NCBI GenBank assembly: GCA_951406725.2
Contig: OX597815.1
Span: forward strand, 81,344,001 to 81,408,000
Direction of reading: 5' to 3'
DNA length: 64,000 nucleotides
From: Octopus vulgaris
Lineage: Eukaryota
The notes beneath the pieces are model-generated. The model was not told where the DNA came from and made no database searches. It worked only from the letters and a program-made list of their open reading frames with translations. The position numbers and the translations under genes are program-made. Positions 36,780-51,551 of the stretch are shown here, one piece after another (within the stretch, counting starts at the first letter, position 1; every line of letters begins with the position of its first letter).

Positions 36780-37500
36780 AATATCTTACCTATGTTTTTT
36801 TTTAAAATTCTTTATTGCCTTTAAAACTCACACACATACCAAGCATAGTCTTAGACAATTCAATGTTTCCCCGACTTCATCATTTTCCGTACCCAGTACA
36901 GGACGGCGTTTGATGGTAAAGCGCCAAGACATAAAATTTTTTTTTTAACTATGTCTCTCTGCAAATCACCCTCAGCTCACATCCCACCGCCTAAGCCCCA
37001 GTTTGCTTATTGTTCTTTTGGGTTTCGATGAAGTGAGTCAATCGATTACAACCCCATTCTCCACCAGGAGCTGAGGGCCATAGTGGAAGATCGAAATGAA
37101 TGTGGAAAACGTGTGGAAACAGTCTTGGAGCGTCCTGTGGGATGACCTAAATGGATGGATGGATGGATCTCCACCTAGATTTAGATATTTGTTTAGAGAA
37201 ACACTCCCGGAACAACCCAGTCGTTCTCCACCCTTCTTCATGCATAATGTATTTAAGAAGATTTGGTTGTTATTTCTAGAATCCCTAAAGACGAGAGAAC
37301 CAGTCTAAAGGGCGCCAGATAAGATGTCTTGTATTTTAGTTACGTTTGTTCCTTCACGTTCAAAGTTCGTACCCCATTGAGAGTCGACATTGCCTTTCAT
37401 TCCCAGAAGAAAACTAGGAATCGATTAGGTCGTCTATAAATTTATATCTAACACACTAACGCATATTGTGTGTATAGGTGTGTGTGTGCGCGCGTTTGTG

Positions 37501-37533
<33 letters not shown>

Positions 37534-38101
37534 TGTCTAAGTCTAGCTTACTTTCATCACTCCAAGTACTATACGAATGTATATACCAGTAATACGCTGA
37601 GGTCAGCTCAATGAAACATATACATGCCTCCCACTTAAACATTTCTAGCCTTGAGCCAAAGAAAAATATTATTCACAAGGTAGTGGCTGGGGGTGGAAGT
37701 AGTGTTGGTCAGAGTGATACAGCACAAACGACGGGATGCAGGAGAGACCGAGTGTAATAAGCTATCTAAATATGTCGCTTTATGATTCTGAGTTCAAATC
37801 TCGGCTGAGGGAGGGAACGTTGTTTTTCATATGTACAGGCAAGGGGCGCGGCCAATAAAATAAATACGGGTTACTCTCTCTCTTTACTCTTTTACTTGTT
37901 TGTTTCAGTCATTTGACTGTGGCCTCGACCCCAGGACTTATTCTTTGGAAACCTAGTACTTATTCTATCGGTCACTTTTGCCAACCACTAGAATTTTCTG
38001 CAATAATCCACCATAATAATTTTCCTATTCTTCTACACTGATGTAGTTTTGTCTACCGATGAACAAGATCACAATCATTTTCTCAGCATGCAAAAACTAC
38101 A

Positions 38102-38133
<32 letters not shown>

Positions 38134-38549
38134 AAAATCTGGTGAAAATTTGAAATTCTTCAAGTGGTTGGAACAAATTTAACAATATACTATGCACCAC
38201 CAATCAAAATATTGAAGTCGATCTAATCAATGAAGGTTTACTGTTTCAAATGTGCGATAATGTATCTTTGTTAATTATTATTATAATTATTATTACTATT
38301 ATTATTATTATGCTGCCTCCAGGAAGAAGGATCTGGAGATCAACTTTGTCTTTCATCCTTTTGGGGTCGATAACTTAAATACCAGTTAAGTACTGGCATC
38401 GATGTGATCGACTGTCCTCCTCCCTACAACATCCATACCTTGTGTCTATAGTAGAAAGGGTTATTATTATTATTATTATTATCATTATTATTATTATCAT
38501 TATTATTATCGTCATTATCATCATTATTATTATTATTATTATTATCAAG

Positions 38550-38720
38550 AAGGCAAGCGAGCTGACAGAATCGTGAGCACGCCAGGCGAAAAATGCTTAG
38601 CGGTATTTCGTCTGCCGCTACGTTCTGAGTTCAAATTCCACCGAGGTTGACTTTGCCTTTCATCCTTTCGGGGTCGATAAATTAAGTACCAGTTGCATAC
38701 TGGAGTCAATGTAATTCGTC
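38550..38720 (+). mobile_element. Meta-domain-type SINE, 3'-truncated, next to (ATT)n
   Basis: Near-identical to 27480-27630 (ATGCTTAGCGGTATTTCGTCTGCCG..GAGTTCAAATTCC..CTTTCATCCTTTCGGGGTCGATAAATTAAGTACCAGTT). Confidence 0.88.
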
Positions 38721-39279
38721 TAGTCTCCTCATGCAAAAGAGCTGGGTTTTGTGTCAAAATTATCAGCATCATCATCAGTAGTAGTAGTAGTAGTTAGCAT
38801 CTCATCCCTCCTCCTCTTCGTCAACATCATCATTAGCATCGTCGCCGTTTCATCATCAATACCAATAATTACAAGCGCAAAAGTGTTACGTGGGAACACC
38901 ACATTTTGGTGACACCTGGTGACGAAAGCGGAACAGAATTTTGTGACATCACACGCGACCCTTATTAACATGGTTTTAATACCAATTAGTGGATGTGTAA
39001 TGAAATTAAGGTTAACATTTTCATAATGGTATTGTTAGAGGCACTGGTGGCGATGGAGGCAGTGGCGGCGGCGGCGGCGGTGGTGGTGGTGGTGAGGACA
39101 ACATTACAGCTTGCAGGAAGGGGTTGTTGGGTTTGGTTGGTTGGTGGTATTGTTGTGTGGGATGCAAGGGAGGTGGTTAGGAGGTTAAATGCCATTTCAC
39201 ACTACAAAGAAACCCAACCGTACACACACACACATGCGCGCACGCTTATATGTGAGCGTACGCACATACACGCAATCTC

Positions 39280-39660
39280 ATGAACTCTCTCTCTCACACA
39301 CACACAGATATATATATATATACAAATACATACACAAACTATGGATATATATATGTATACATATATATATACATATATACATACATACATATATATACAT
39401 ATATACACATATATACATACATACATATATATACATATATACATACATACATATACATATACATACATATATATACATATATACATACATACATATATAT
39501 ACATATATACATACATACATATATATACATATACATACATATATACATACATACATATATATATATATATACATACATACATATACATACATACATATAT
39601 ATACATATACATACATACATATACATACATATATATATACATACATACATACATATATAT

Positions 39661-39705
<45 letters not shown>

Positions 39706-39740
39706 CACGTACATATATACATACAGGCGTGCACGTATAC
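39280..39740. repeat. Compound (AT)/(ATAC) microsatellite
   Basis: Direct inspection. Confidence 0.95.
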
Positions 39741-40760
39741 AATACATTAAAGATCAACGGGCAACATGAGAAGTACCAACACCATACACTGGCACCGTCC
39801 CATCCACCCACTCACTCCCATCTAAAATTCACTACCGCAACCACTTTGGAAATCACCCCCCCCCCCCTTCCGACCACCGACACCACTACCACCAGCAACA
39901 TCGTCGCCACACTGAACAGCACCGTCACCACCATCAACCAAAACCATCAGTGCCACCGTTTCCAACCATAAAAAAAAACCCACCAGAGCTCTTTCCACCA
40001 CCGCAATGTTGGCATAGGATCTAATGACACACAAAAGAAAATAAAACGGGATGTTGACAGCTGGAACGCCTTTCATCAGAGTTCTAATCATTCATGTCTG
40101 ACCTAGGGTTAGAACTTATAGCGGCCATCACATTCCCTCAAATCACTCCCGTCTTCAAAAACCAAAACAGGGCAATGACATAGAATAAAGTAGTTCTAGA
40201 TACATACCCCCCCGAAAGAGACGGAGTGGTTACGGTTGTAACATCGTTGACTACCCTTTCGTGTGTATCTAAATGTATTTTAATTGTTTTTTTTTTGTCT
40301 TCCTAGCTTCGTGATCTTGTCCGATCTCACTCATATTAGCACCATATTATTGGCGTGTACGTATAGGCGCAATATAGTAGAAACAATTAGTACGCAAGAT
40401 GTAATATACTGGAAACTTTATTTATCACGACGATCGTTTCGACGCCCAAGGACATACCCAAAACGCGGATTAAATTTAAATCTAAACTTTAATTATAACA
40501 CACATATGGGGCAGACGGGGAGGAGAGAGAGCCATCTGCCTATACCCCGACGTACATACACCGTTGAAAGGTAGAAAGCTGTGACTTTTGTGAGAAAGAA
40601 AGTAACCTTCATAGACATGCATATCACTTCGATATGTATCGTGTTTTTAACACGTTTCTGAAGAGAACTCTCACATAAAATTCACCGGGTCACGCCTTTC
40701 AGTGTTTATATGGTACACAGATTATTATTTTAATCTACTACTTCACTTGTGTACGCCGAG

Positions 40761-40797
<37 letters not shown>

Positions 40798-41870
40798 GGA
40801 CAGAGAAGAATGGGTGTATATATGCTAGTGCGAATGTGAAAATGAAATAATGAAAATAAAGTGATATAAAATGAAAATAACTTCACGCAAGCAAGAGTTC
40901 CTTTTATTAGGTTTAAAAAATGGGGATGGAGGGGGGGCGGAGAAATGGCACTAACGTTTCGGACGTAAGTTATTCAAGTAAAAGAACAAGAGTAAAATGG
41001 ACGGGGCTGGGGGGGGGGGGAGAAAGAATGTAATGAAATAGAGAGGGGAAGTTATAACACGTGTAGAATCGCTTAAGCGCCATTTTGTAATGGCCCGGAA
41101 ACGGTAAGGGTGTATGTATGTATGATGTATGTAAGTTTCTATGTATGTATGTATGTGTGTGTGTGTGTATGTAGACAGTTGAATATACACACACGTGCGT
41201 GTACATTCTTATATACGACGTATACACTCACATATAGTCAGACACACAGATAGAGAGAGTTCTAAAACGGCTACGTGAAAAATCACAAATCATACAAACA
41301 GTCTCACTAACTCTACCAATAATAGTTAGGCCAAAGAAACACACATACTGTCTAATAGTTAAACCATGCAAATATATCGTCACATAGACAACGCAAGTGG
41401 ACAGTAAGGTACACCATAAAAAAAAAAGACAGCTAAATACACATTCTAATACATAAAGAATACAGAGACAGACAGACGGACGGGCCGATAGATAAACTAA
41501 TAGACATACAAACAAACAGCAGGTAGGCCGGTAGGTCATCTATTAACATAACATAGACTGACTGATATAGACAAGATAGATAAAAGAGCAGAGGTAGATA
41601 GAGTCAGCTAAACAAACAGATAAAATAAGACGAGCCTTCGCATAGTTAGGTCAAACTAAGTATAAAATAGAGAGAGAGAGAGAGAGGGAGGGGGATCTTA
41701 CCACCACTACCACCACCAACACTACTACTAATAATAATACTAAGTACTACCACCACCACCACCGACAAGAACAGTAAGATTCACAGCTGTAAACTCACGA
41801 ATAAGTTAGTTTCTTTATTCACATGGAAAAGTATTGTTGTGAAAGACAATTTTAAATATCTCTTTTCAGT

Positions 41871-41908
<38 letters not shown>

Positions 41909-42051
41909 TTCTGTTCTCTACGAACGCTAACATCTCTACTGTATCAACCAGTACCTATTGTATGTGTATTGCCATCCTGACATTTCGACTTTGAATACAC
42001 ACACACGTGTGTGTGTGTATGAATGCATATATAGGTTGGTATGAATATGAA

Positions 42052-42136
<85 letters not shown>

Positions 42137-42144
42137 GGGAGAAA

Positions 42145-42970
42145 GAGCTGGGTAAATTGTCGCCATTTTATATTTTTAATTTCGCGAATGCGCACCGTCT
42201 GTTTTTGATTTTATCGATTACACAGTATAGTAGTGTCAGATGGGCCTCGGGTGTGAGAAAAACAGCGCCATGACGCAATTCACCCAGTGAGAAATTTGGA
42301 AACGATATGCGGTACTGCTTGGCATTCGCGCCGGAAGCTCCAACACGAACATTTCAGAGTGTTTGGGTGTCAATCTGAGAACATATACCAAAAGTGAGAA
42401 AAATCAAACGTCCAGTCAACATCATGGTGTTTGGAGTGATCACTAGTGATGGCGACGTTATACCTCCATTCATCTTCCACACGGCCTCACACTCAACACG
42501 GAAGTAGTGCTGCCTTTGGCCAACAGAGTGGCTGCTAGAAGACCCTGTGTCTGGCAACAGGACTCTGCACCATGCCGCATTAGCAGGAGAACCCAGTCAT
42601 AGCTGTCAGACAATTTTTGCAACAACATCACCTCTAACATCTGGCCACCTAACTCCCCAGACCGATTAGTATGTGTGGAGCGCAGTTGAGCGAGAGACCA
42701 GCAAAACTCCTTGTAACACCAAAGATGAACTGAAGGCAAGGCTTATGGCAGCATTCACCAACTTAAACACAGAGACTGTCCAGAAGAGTTGCAGGAGATT
42801 CCGAAGCCGTCTGGAGGTCGTGGTTGAAGCCAATAGTGATTTTATTGAATAAATTTCCTTTTTAGTATTTCAAGATAATTTTATGTAATTTTGGTAAATA
42901 TACCTGTTAAAATGAGATGTCAGTGTTATTTTCATTTTTGGATAATTTAGACGACAATTTATTCACCGCA

Positions 42971-42972
<2 letters not shown>
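42145..42972 (+). mobile_element. Internally deleted maT/DD37D-type mariner relic
   Basis: KRPVNIMVFGVITSDGDVIPPFIF, VWQQDSAPCR..IWPPNSPD, YVWSAVERET..DELKARLMAAF..CRRFRSRLEVVVEANSDFIE*. Partial TIR match TAAATTGTCG (42153) with CGACAATTTA (42952). Confidence 0.82.
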
Positions 42973-43004
<32 letters not shown>

Positions 43005-44672
43005 GGGGAGAGAGAGAAAGCATTGAATGTCTGCCTGTAATAAGCTGGGATATTTTTTCAAAGATGCCTTCTATGTGAAGAATATATACACTTTGGTAGG
43101 GATAACATTTTCCCTTAGTTTTTTAAACCTCTGGTTTCGAGGAAGAGGTTTGGAAACCCGGAACATTACTTGTGGGTAAAACTACTTAATGTCATGAGCC
43201 CGTGCAAATGAGAAAGAAAACTTGGTTGCGATGATTATAGTTCTTGTTTTAAAAGGAAAGCGGGGTAACAACTTCGGGATTGAAATAAATAAAGAAACTG
43301 AATGGTGACATAAAGCGGAGGCGAGTCTCATAAACTCAAGACTCATTTGGAACTGAATGTCCCCACCCTACTCCAATTCAATGTTTAATCAATTTCAATT
43401 TCGATGTTGCCTCCTTTACTTTTAACAAGTAGCAGTAGCATCGAGTGTTTTGGGTTTTTTTTTTAAATATCGGTTATAATTGATAATCAAACAATAAGGG
43501 TGTTGAGTTTATTATTGCATGTCAGCGCCTACTTAAATGTGTCTGCACACCATTTTACTTAATTTTTCTCTTAATGTCTTTTTCTGTTTTCCTGCGTCGT
43601 GTTCGTGCGCCTGTAACTGGAAGTATATGTGTGTGTGTGTTTCTTCACCTATTGTACACACGTGAAATAAAACAGCCAAATCAACAAATGGTTCTTTACG
43701 TGGTCACTCAATTTTTTTTAGAAAGAGCAGTCAAATCTCCCTCAAATCACACCCTACCGTATTAAAGCAATGACACGAACAGTGTGATCTTAGATGTAGA
43801 AAAGGACAGGAAAGGAAAAGCTTTTTAATTCCTGTGTCTGCACAAATAGGGGGTCTGGAGGCTAACATCAATAGCTTAAGACCTCCATTGTACTATACTA
43901 TTTGCATTTCATTCTTTCGGTAACGATAAGAAATAAAAATAAAGAAGCGGGTTAAAGAACGTCGGGCCGGATGCGGTGCAATTTCTTTCCGGCTCTTAGC
44001 GCTCTGAATTCAAATCTCTACAAAGTCATTCTTAGATGGTCGACTTAACCGGTTAACGTTAAGCATACACACTCTGGTTACTTGGGTGCCTTTATTAGGA
44101 TTCACTCTGTTTACTAGCATTCATGCCAGTACTTTCAATCTGCTTAGTGAAAGAGTTTTAGGGGCTTTTATGGAAACGAAGGCAGGTTTTCCAAAATACC
44201 TCAGCGACTTAATTTATACAAATATTATTCTAATTTAGGAATCGAGCAAAAAGGGGGTATTTTAATTCAAAATATGGAAACAAATAGGTTTTTTTCTTAT
44301 TCTTATTCTTTCATTCTATTAATTATATTAAGTCAGAGTTTGCTTCGACAGTTGTATATTTAATTTTTCGAGGAAGAAATGTGCCTGCCGTGCTGAGAAA
44401 CACGTGTGACCCATTGTGTTGTGAGCATATATAATTTAGTTGAACAAAAATCTCTGGAAAACAATATCTCTCAGAACAATTATTCCATTTTAGTATATAT
44501 AGTTCTTTGTCGTAACCGGTCCTCCGGCTTTTGTTCTATGATGACAACTCAACCGTTTATAATGTACATAACCTAAATTTATAGCTCGTTAGCCTAAAAA
44601 AATATAGGGTGAAAGTTTTAAAAAGAGCGAATCGTACAAATATAAACAATTCGTGTATGAGAACTTTTTTAT

Positions 44673-45021
44673 ATCTTTTACTTGGTTCAGTCATTAGACT
44701 GTGACCGCGCTGGGGCACCGCCTTGAATTTTAGTCGAACCAATCGACCCCAGTACTTATTTATTCAAGCCTGGTACTTATCGGTTTCTTTCGCCGAGGTG
44801 CTAAGTTACCAACACTGGTTGTCAAGCGCTGGTGAAGGACGAAGACACACACATACACACACAAATATATACGATGGGCTTCTTTCAGTTTTCGTCAAGT
44901 AAATCCACTCACAAGGCCGTCGGCCCCATAAAGTAGAAAACACTTGCCCATGCAGTGGGACTGGACCCGGGACAATGTGCTTGAGAAGCAAAATTCTTAC
45001 CGCACAGACACACCTGCGCCT
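44673..45021 (-). mobile_element. Main SINE family, diverged copy
   Basis: The reverse complement has the AGGCGCAGGTGTG head and the AAGGCGGTGCCCCAGCG..CACAGTCTAATGACTGAACCAAGTAAAAGA tail. Confidence 0.85.
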
Positions 45022-46246
45022 AAATTTAAAAAGCTTCTCATTCTGGCAAATGATAGATAAATAGATAGATAGATAACGTATGTATGTTTCAAGATAGTTT
45101 TGCAACTGTTTGGATCAGGGATTTGATCCCAAACTGAACGGCATAAGGAAAAGTGCACTTTAACTATAACCCTGAATACAATGTCTTGTTAGTGGAAGGA
45201 AACTACGAAAGACCGACAAAGCCACCCATATTTGAATGGATCGCAGAACTATACAGTTTTCTCAAGAAATCCTAAATATTGAAGTAGCTGGCGTTAACCT
45301 TGAAAAGGTCTGAGATAATTTTTGCTCTCGTCATCGAAAGATCTTTTTTAAGTATATTTTAGCCATCTGCATAAAATTTACATGTTTTGTATGATTTCTA
45401 AGAAAATTGCTCCTAGAATACCATATTAGTGCCAGCCTCTGTTCCCTACTCGGTTGAGCTCAATAGTTGCCATGTCTCCAGGGATGTGGCTACATTTAGC
45501 TATGGCCCTAGTAATACATATGAGTTAGTAACAGTCAAGATTTTGTTGTGTGAATTTTTCTATGTAGACATTTTGACGGTAACCTTTTCATTTTGAGACT
45601 ACATTCGCCAATGTTTTGTTTTTTTTCATGGCGGGAGATTTGGTTGCAATTTCCAGTTTTGACTCTGTCCTTTAAGATTCGCCATTTACTGTAAAAATAT
45701 TAAAAGACACACGCAATTTAGAAACTGTCGCCTTACCATTAGGTAATTATTTTTCAAGCTGCAAATGTAACCATTCCGGGAGCCAGTCCAACAAAATAGC
45801 CACATTTCCAGGTATATACGACAGAGCTTCACCAGTAACATTTATTCCTTTCAGCCACAAGCTCTTTCCTGAAAGCCAATCAGTGATTAGACACACGCTA
45901 TAAATTTATGCTTTAGGATGACAACATAAGCATATACATGGGATGAAATACATGCGTATGTGGGCACATATGTATGCATGTATGTGCTCAGTATAATAGA
46001 CACAAAACTGTAGTTATCAGTGCAAAGAAGTTTGTTTACTTAAGTTACATAATGTTAATTCAAAGATTTTTTTTTTTTTTTTTTTTTTGCAGATTGGTTT
46101 AAAGTCAGGTTTATTTTGTCGGACATATTGGTTTGATAGGATTTGAATGTTTGTTCGTATATGTATGCACACAGATATACAGACGTATACAAACCAACAA
46201 ATAAATGTAATACACACACACACACACACCAACAAATAAATGTAAT

Positions 46247-46319
<73 letters not shown>

Positions 46320-46722
46320 AAAAAAATATAAAGACATATACAAGCAAATGCATTTATACAAATATATGCATACAGCTCAACAGCAGACATCCGTGAAATC
46401 CTTATCTTCGTCGACTGCCGATTCCACATTTTGCCTATAATTAACCCTCCTCTCTTTCCCCATTGGCACAGTCAGTAGGAAAGAATCAACATCGGGCTAT
46501 GTCTACAGAGATAACTGGCCATTTGTCCACATTCCCGGTCAACTCTAGTAATGAATAATGGAGCGTCTCCAACTTTACACTGCTAGCTCTGCCATCATAT
46601 GACTTCCTTAACTAAGCTTGCTTGAAGGAAGGAAGGATGGATATATATATATATATATAGATAGATAGATAGATATAAATAGACAGATAGAGATATATAT
46701 AAATAGATATATATATATATAT

Positions 46723-48662
46723 AGTAGCCTAGATTCGTTTGTACATGACTGCAACGCTTTGGTCCACCGTTTCAACTTTGAACCAAGACCCCGCCGAGCC
46801 AACCTCACTCGGGCCGAATCCATCGCCCTTCGCCACCTCCGCCGTCGTGATGACATTGTCATCAAACCGGCGGACAAAGGCGGGGCGGTGGTAGTGTGGC
46901 GCGCGGACCTATACAGGGAGGAAGCGCTCAACCAGCTTCAAAATCCCCTCTTCTATCGCCTCCTCCCCTCCGATCCCACCTCCTCCTACCAACAGCGAGT
47001 GTCCTCCACCATCCACGACCTCATCTCCTCCTCCGCTCTCCCCCTCACCGCCACCAACCTCATCGTCCGCACACCCCGCACCTCCACCATCTACTTCCTT
47101 CCCAAGATCCATAAACCCTCTAACCCTGGCCGTCCCATAGTCTCTGCCTGTAATTGCCCCACTGAACTCATCTCCCTATACCTCGACCGCATCCTGTCCC
47201 CCTTAGTCGCAGCCCTCCCATCCCACATACACGACACCAACCACGCCCTCCGTCTCTTCAATTCCTTTTCCTTCCCTTCCAGCCCCTCACACCTCCTCTT
47301 CACCTTAGATGTAAAATCCCTGTACACAGTGATTCCCCACAATGACGGTCTCCTAGCCCTCCAACACTTCCTCGACCGTCGTCCCGACCCCACCCCCAGC
47401 ACCCCCACCCTTCTCCGTTTGGCTGAGCTCGTCCTCACCCTCAATTGCTTCACGTTCGCCGGGGAAACGTACCAACAGGTGTCCGGGGTCGCGATGGGAA
47501 CTAGGATGGGCCCCAATTTCGCCAATCTCTTTCTTGGCTACATTGAGGCCCAAGTGTTCTCCCAGTTCTCTGGGCCGACCCCCGAACTATACGGTCGCTA
47601 TATCGACGACTGTGTAGGTGCCACCTCCCTTTCCCGGGAACTTCTCGGCCAATTCATCTCTTTCCTTTCCAACTTTCACCCCTCTCTTCAATTCACCTCC
47701 ACCATCTCCAACACCTCTGTCAACTTCCTTGACATCTCTCTCCGCATCGATCACCCCTCCAGCTCTCTCACCACCACCGCCTTCTTTAAACCTACGGATT
47801 CCCACCTCTATCTCAACTTCTCTTCCTCCCACCCCTTCCACACCAAACGAGCCATCCCCTACTCCCAGTTCCTCCGCCTCCGACGTTTGTGCAGCCGCGA
47901 CCAGGATTTCGAGACCCAATCTCAATACCTGGCCCGCATGTTCAGACTCCGAGGGTACCCACCCACACTCCTCTCTGATGCCCTCACCCGCGCCCGTCGC
48001 ATCGACCGCACTACCGCCTTGTCTCCTTCCCCCCGCCCACCCCCCAACCGCACCCCCTTCCCCCTCCTTTTCCACCCCTCTACCCTACCCCTTCGTCGCA
48101 AGATACTACGTGCCTTCCGTCGCCTCCAGCTTGATCCCACCACCCGCCCCATTTTCCCTAACCCACCCCTGTCCTCTTTCAAACGAGCCCGCAATCTGCG
48201 TGACCTCCTGGTCCACAGCACCCTCTCCCCTTCCCCCTCAGCCCCACACGGATCATTCCCTTGCTCTAGATCCCGCTGCAACACTTGCCCCTTCATCACC
48301 AACACCACCGCTGTCACCGGCTCCAACCTGCATACTGTACGCATTAGGCACTCTTTTACGTGCACCTCGTCTGGCCTCATTTACTGCATTAAATGCAACC
48401 TATGCGGGATGCTGTATGTAGGTCAGACGGGACGCCGGTTGTCCGACCGTTTCACTGAACACTTGAGGGACGTTCGCCTACACTCTTTTTCTCCCGTCGC
48501 ACGCCACTTCCGCTCGGCCGGCCATTCCCGAGATGACATCTCAGTGTTTGGTCTCGCCCCCACAATGGTCGCCCACTTTCCAGGCTCCACTTGGAGCAAC
48601 GCTACATCTTCACCCTACAAACTACCACCCCACACGGACTTAACACAGCCCCCTCCTCTTGA
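46723..48662 (+). CDS. PLE reverse transcriptase + GIY-YIG endonuclease (N-terminus missing; one frameshift near 48560)
   Basis: IVIKPADKGGAVV, YFLPKIHKP..GRPIVS, LFTLDVKSLYT, GVAMGTRMGPNFANLF, YGRYIDD, VNFLDI, KPTDSHLYL, linker PCSRSRCNTC, CTSSGLIYCIKC..YVGQTGRRLSDRFTEH. The shifted frame gives LEQRYIFTLQTTTPHGLN and a stop at 48660-48662. Confidence 0.95.
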
Positions 48663-48699
48663 GACCGTTTTTTTTTTTTTTTTTTTTTTTTCCGGACAC

Positions 48700-51345
48700 A
48701 CCACCCACACACACCCACCCACCTACCTCCCACCCACCTACCTACCTCCCACACGCCTGTTCACACACACACATACGTAGACCCATCTACGTACATACAT
48801 TCACACATTTAATCACACACACTTACAGACACACATGCACATACACACACACATACATACACACACGCATACATACTTACACACACACACACACACAGAC
48901 ATACATACACACATACACACACACATACATACGCACATACATACACACACACTCACACACACACACCGCACGTACATACCTCACACACACACACATGCAC
49001 ACATACATGTAGGCACATACATACATACATACCCACACATGCACACCCGTACACTGAATGCACACACACATACACCTTTTTGCATCCAGGCAGCCCCCCC
49101 TCTTTTCTGCTTTCCGGTTTTGGCTGATGGATCCTCGGTTCCCGCGTAGCGGGTCGTTCGAGGGCCTTTGCGCTCGCGCGCCTTGGCTCGCGCTGGGGGC
49201 TCGGTCGGCCCCTTTGGGCTTGCGTTGCACTGCTTGTGCGTTGTGTGCGTGAGCGCGCTTCGTGTGTGTGGGCTTGCTTCGGATGTGCGCTTGCGTATGT
49301 TTGCATACATACCCACACACTCGCATGCATCCCTACCCACATACATACACGCACACCTACTCACACACACACATACACACACACACATACCCGCACACAC
49401 ACACACATACATACATACACACACATACCCACTTCAGACATACACACACACAGACATACACCCATACACCCACACTCACACGCATACACACACACACATA
49501 CACACGCACACGTACACATACACACACACACACACCCACATACATACATTACACTTGTATACGCACACACTTACATTCATACACACACACACCTACACAG
49601 CCATACCCTCACTCAGACACACACATCTACCTACACACACACAAACACACACTGACACACACCCATACATAGATACATCTACACACTCACGCCTACACAC
49701 ATACATACACACATACATAAACACACACACATACACATACACACACATACGCACACACGCATATACTTATACACATGCACACACACACACATACATACAC
49801 CCATATACATACACACACACATACCTACATACTCCTATACGCACATACATACACACAGACATACACACATACACACTCACACAAACATACACACACACAT
49901 ACTTACACACACACTCACCTGCACGCGCACACACATGCATGACAAACACTCATACACTCACACTCACATACGCACACACCAACATAAACACGCACACGCA
50001 CACACACACCTACACTCCCACACACATACACACGCACCTAGATACACACACGCACGCATACACACGCATACACACATACATTACACACGTACACACACAC
50101 CTACATACACATGCACACACACACACACACACAAACATGCACGGACACACCCAGACATACATACATACACCTATATACACACGCCTACACACCTACATAC
50201 ACACACATATACACACGCCCACACAGCTACATACACACACATACATACACACATACACGGACACACCCATACATACTTACATACATACACCTATACACAC
50301 GCCTACACACCTACACACATACACACACATATACGCACACACATATATACCCGCACACACATATATACCCTCACACATGCACACACACACACATACGCAC
50401 ATACATGCACGCATGCACACGCGCACCTACACGCACGTACACATACATACATACACACACGCATACATACACCCATACACATACATGCATCCTACACACA
50501 CATACATACACACTCACACATACATACACACACACGCACTCACTCACACACCTGTATGTTCGCGCACACACATGCACATACACACACTTCCCCACACCCA
50601 CACGTACATACATACACACTCATACACACATACACACACACACACACACACGGACATACATCTATGCACACACATATATACACACATACTCACATACATT
50701 CATCGGACACACTGCCACCCAGACATACACACAGACACACTCACACATCCACACGCACACATACGTACGCGCACACTCGCAGGCTCGCGCACACACGCGT
50801 TTGCGCCGGTTCGCGCACGCATGCGCCCGCATGCACCTCGCCCTTGGACCCGACGAGACCTCCCGCCCGTTCCTGGGATGTCGCTTGTCGTTGGGTTTTC
50901 CCACGCCCGTCTCCGCGGGACCACTCTTCCATCTTCCCCTCCGCTGGAGTCCTTTTCCTAAACCCCCCCCCTTTTTTTCGTTACACACACGCGCACACAT
51001 ATACACACATTGCTTAAACATATACATCACTCTTACACACATTCAATCTACTCGCCACTAATACTACCACGACACTGGACACACACACACACTACGACTC
51101 AACACACGCTGGCACGCTACATACGCCCCCACCCCTTCCCCTCCCTCCCTTCCTCCTTCCTCCCTTTTCTCACTACTGACCTTTGTCTGCTATGCTGCTG
51201 CTATGCTGACCACCGTCTCGCCCTACCTCACACGCCTACACACAGACGCACACACTAACACATACATATATTTTTTGTTTTTTTACCTCGCCTCACACAC
51301 ACACATACACACACGCACACGCACACACTCACGCATACACACACA
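48700..51345. repeat. Degenerate (CA)n/(CATA)n tract with two GC-rich non-repetitive islands (about 49080-49300 and 50770-50960)
   Basis: Direct inspection. Confidence 0.9.
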
Positions 51346-51516
51346 TCTGTTGCGTTACCAACCTTGTCTCCACTCTTTTGCCTTTAAAAACCCACTTTGC
51401 TCTTGTTATCGTAAACATCCGCCTTTCACCATGTGCTACTGCTAACACCAGCCGTTTTTTTCTCTATCTCCGTTGCCCGCTCCGGGATCTTTCTTTCCTC
51501 TCTCTTCCTTCTTTAT

Positions 51517-51551
51517 GTTTCCGACGAAGAGCTCCGCTCGAAACGTCATAC
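51517..51551 (+). ncRNA. Minimal hammerhead ribozyme motif (U4-to-C core change, possibly inactive)
   Basis: GUUU-CCGACGA-A-GAGC(UCC)GCUC-GAAA-CG-UC-AUAC, with palindromic stem III ACGU and a GUC triplet. Homologous to 2463-2497. Confidence 0.7.

Noticed and set aside
44046-44520. Possible piggyBac-like ends (TTAACCGGTTAACG ... CGTAACCGGT)
   Set aside because: The match is about 10 bp and the right end lacks TTAA.
49168-50961. 597-aa His/Thr-rich ORF downstream of the PLE
   Set aside because: Read-through of degenerate (CA)n; overlapping frames are open too and no domain is recognisable.
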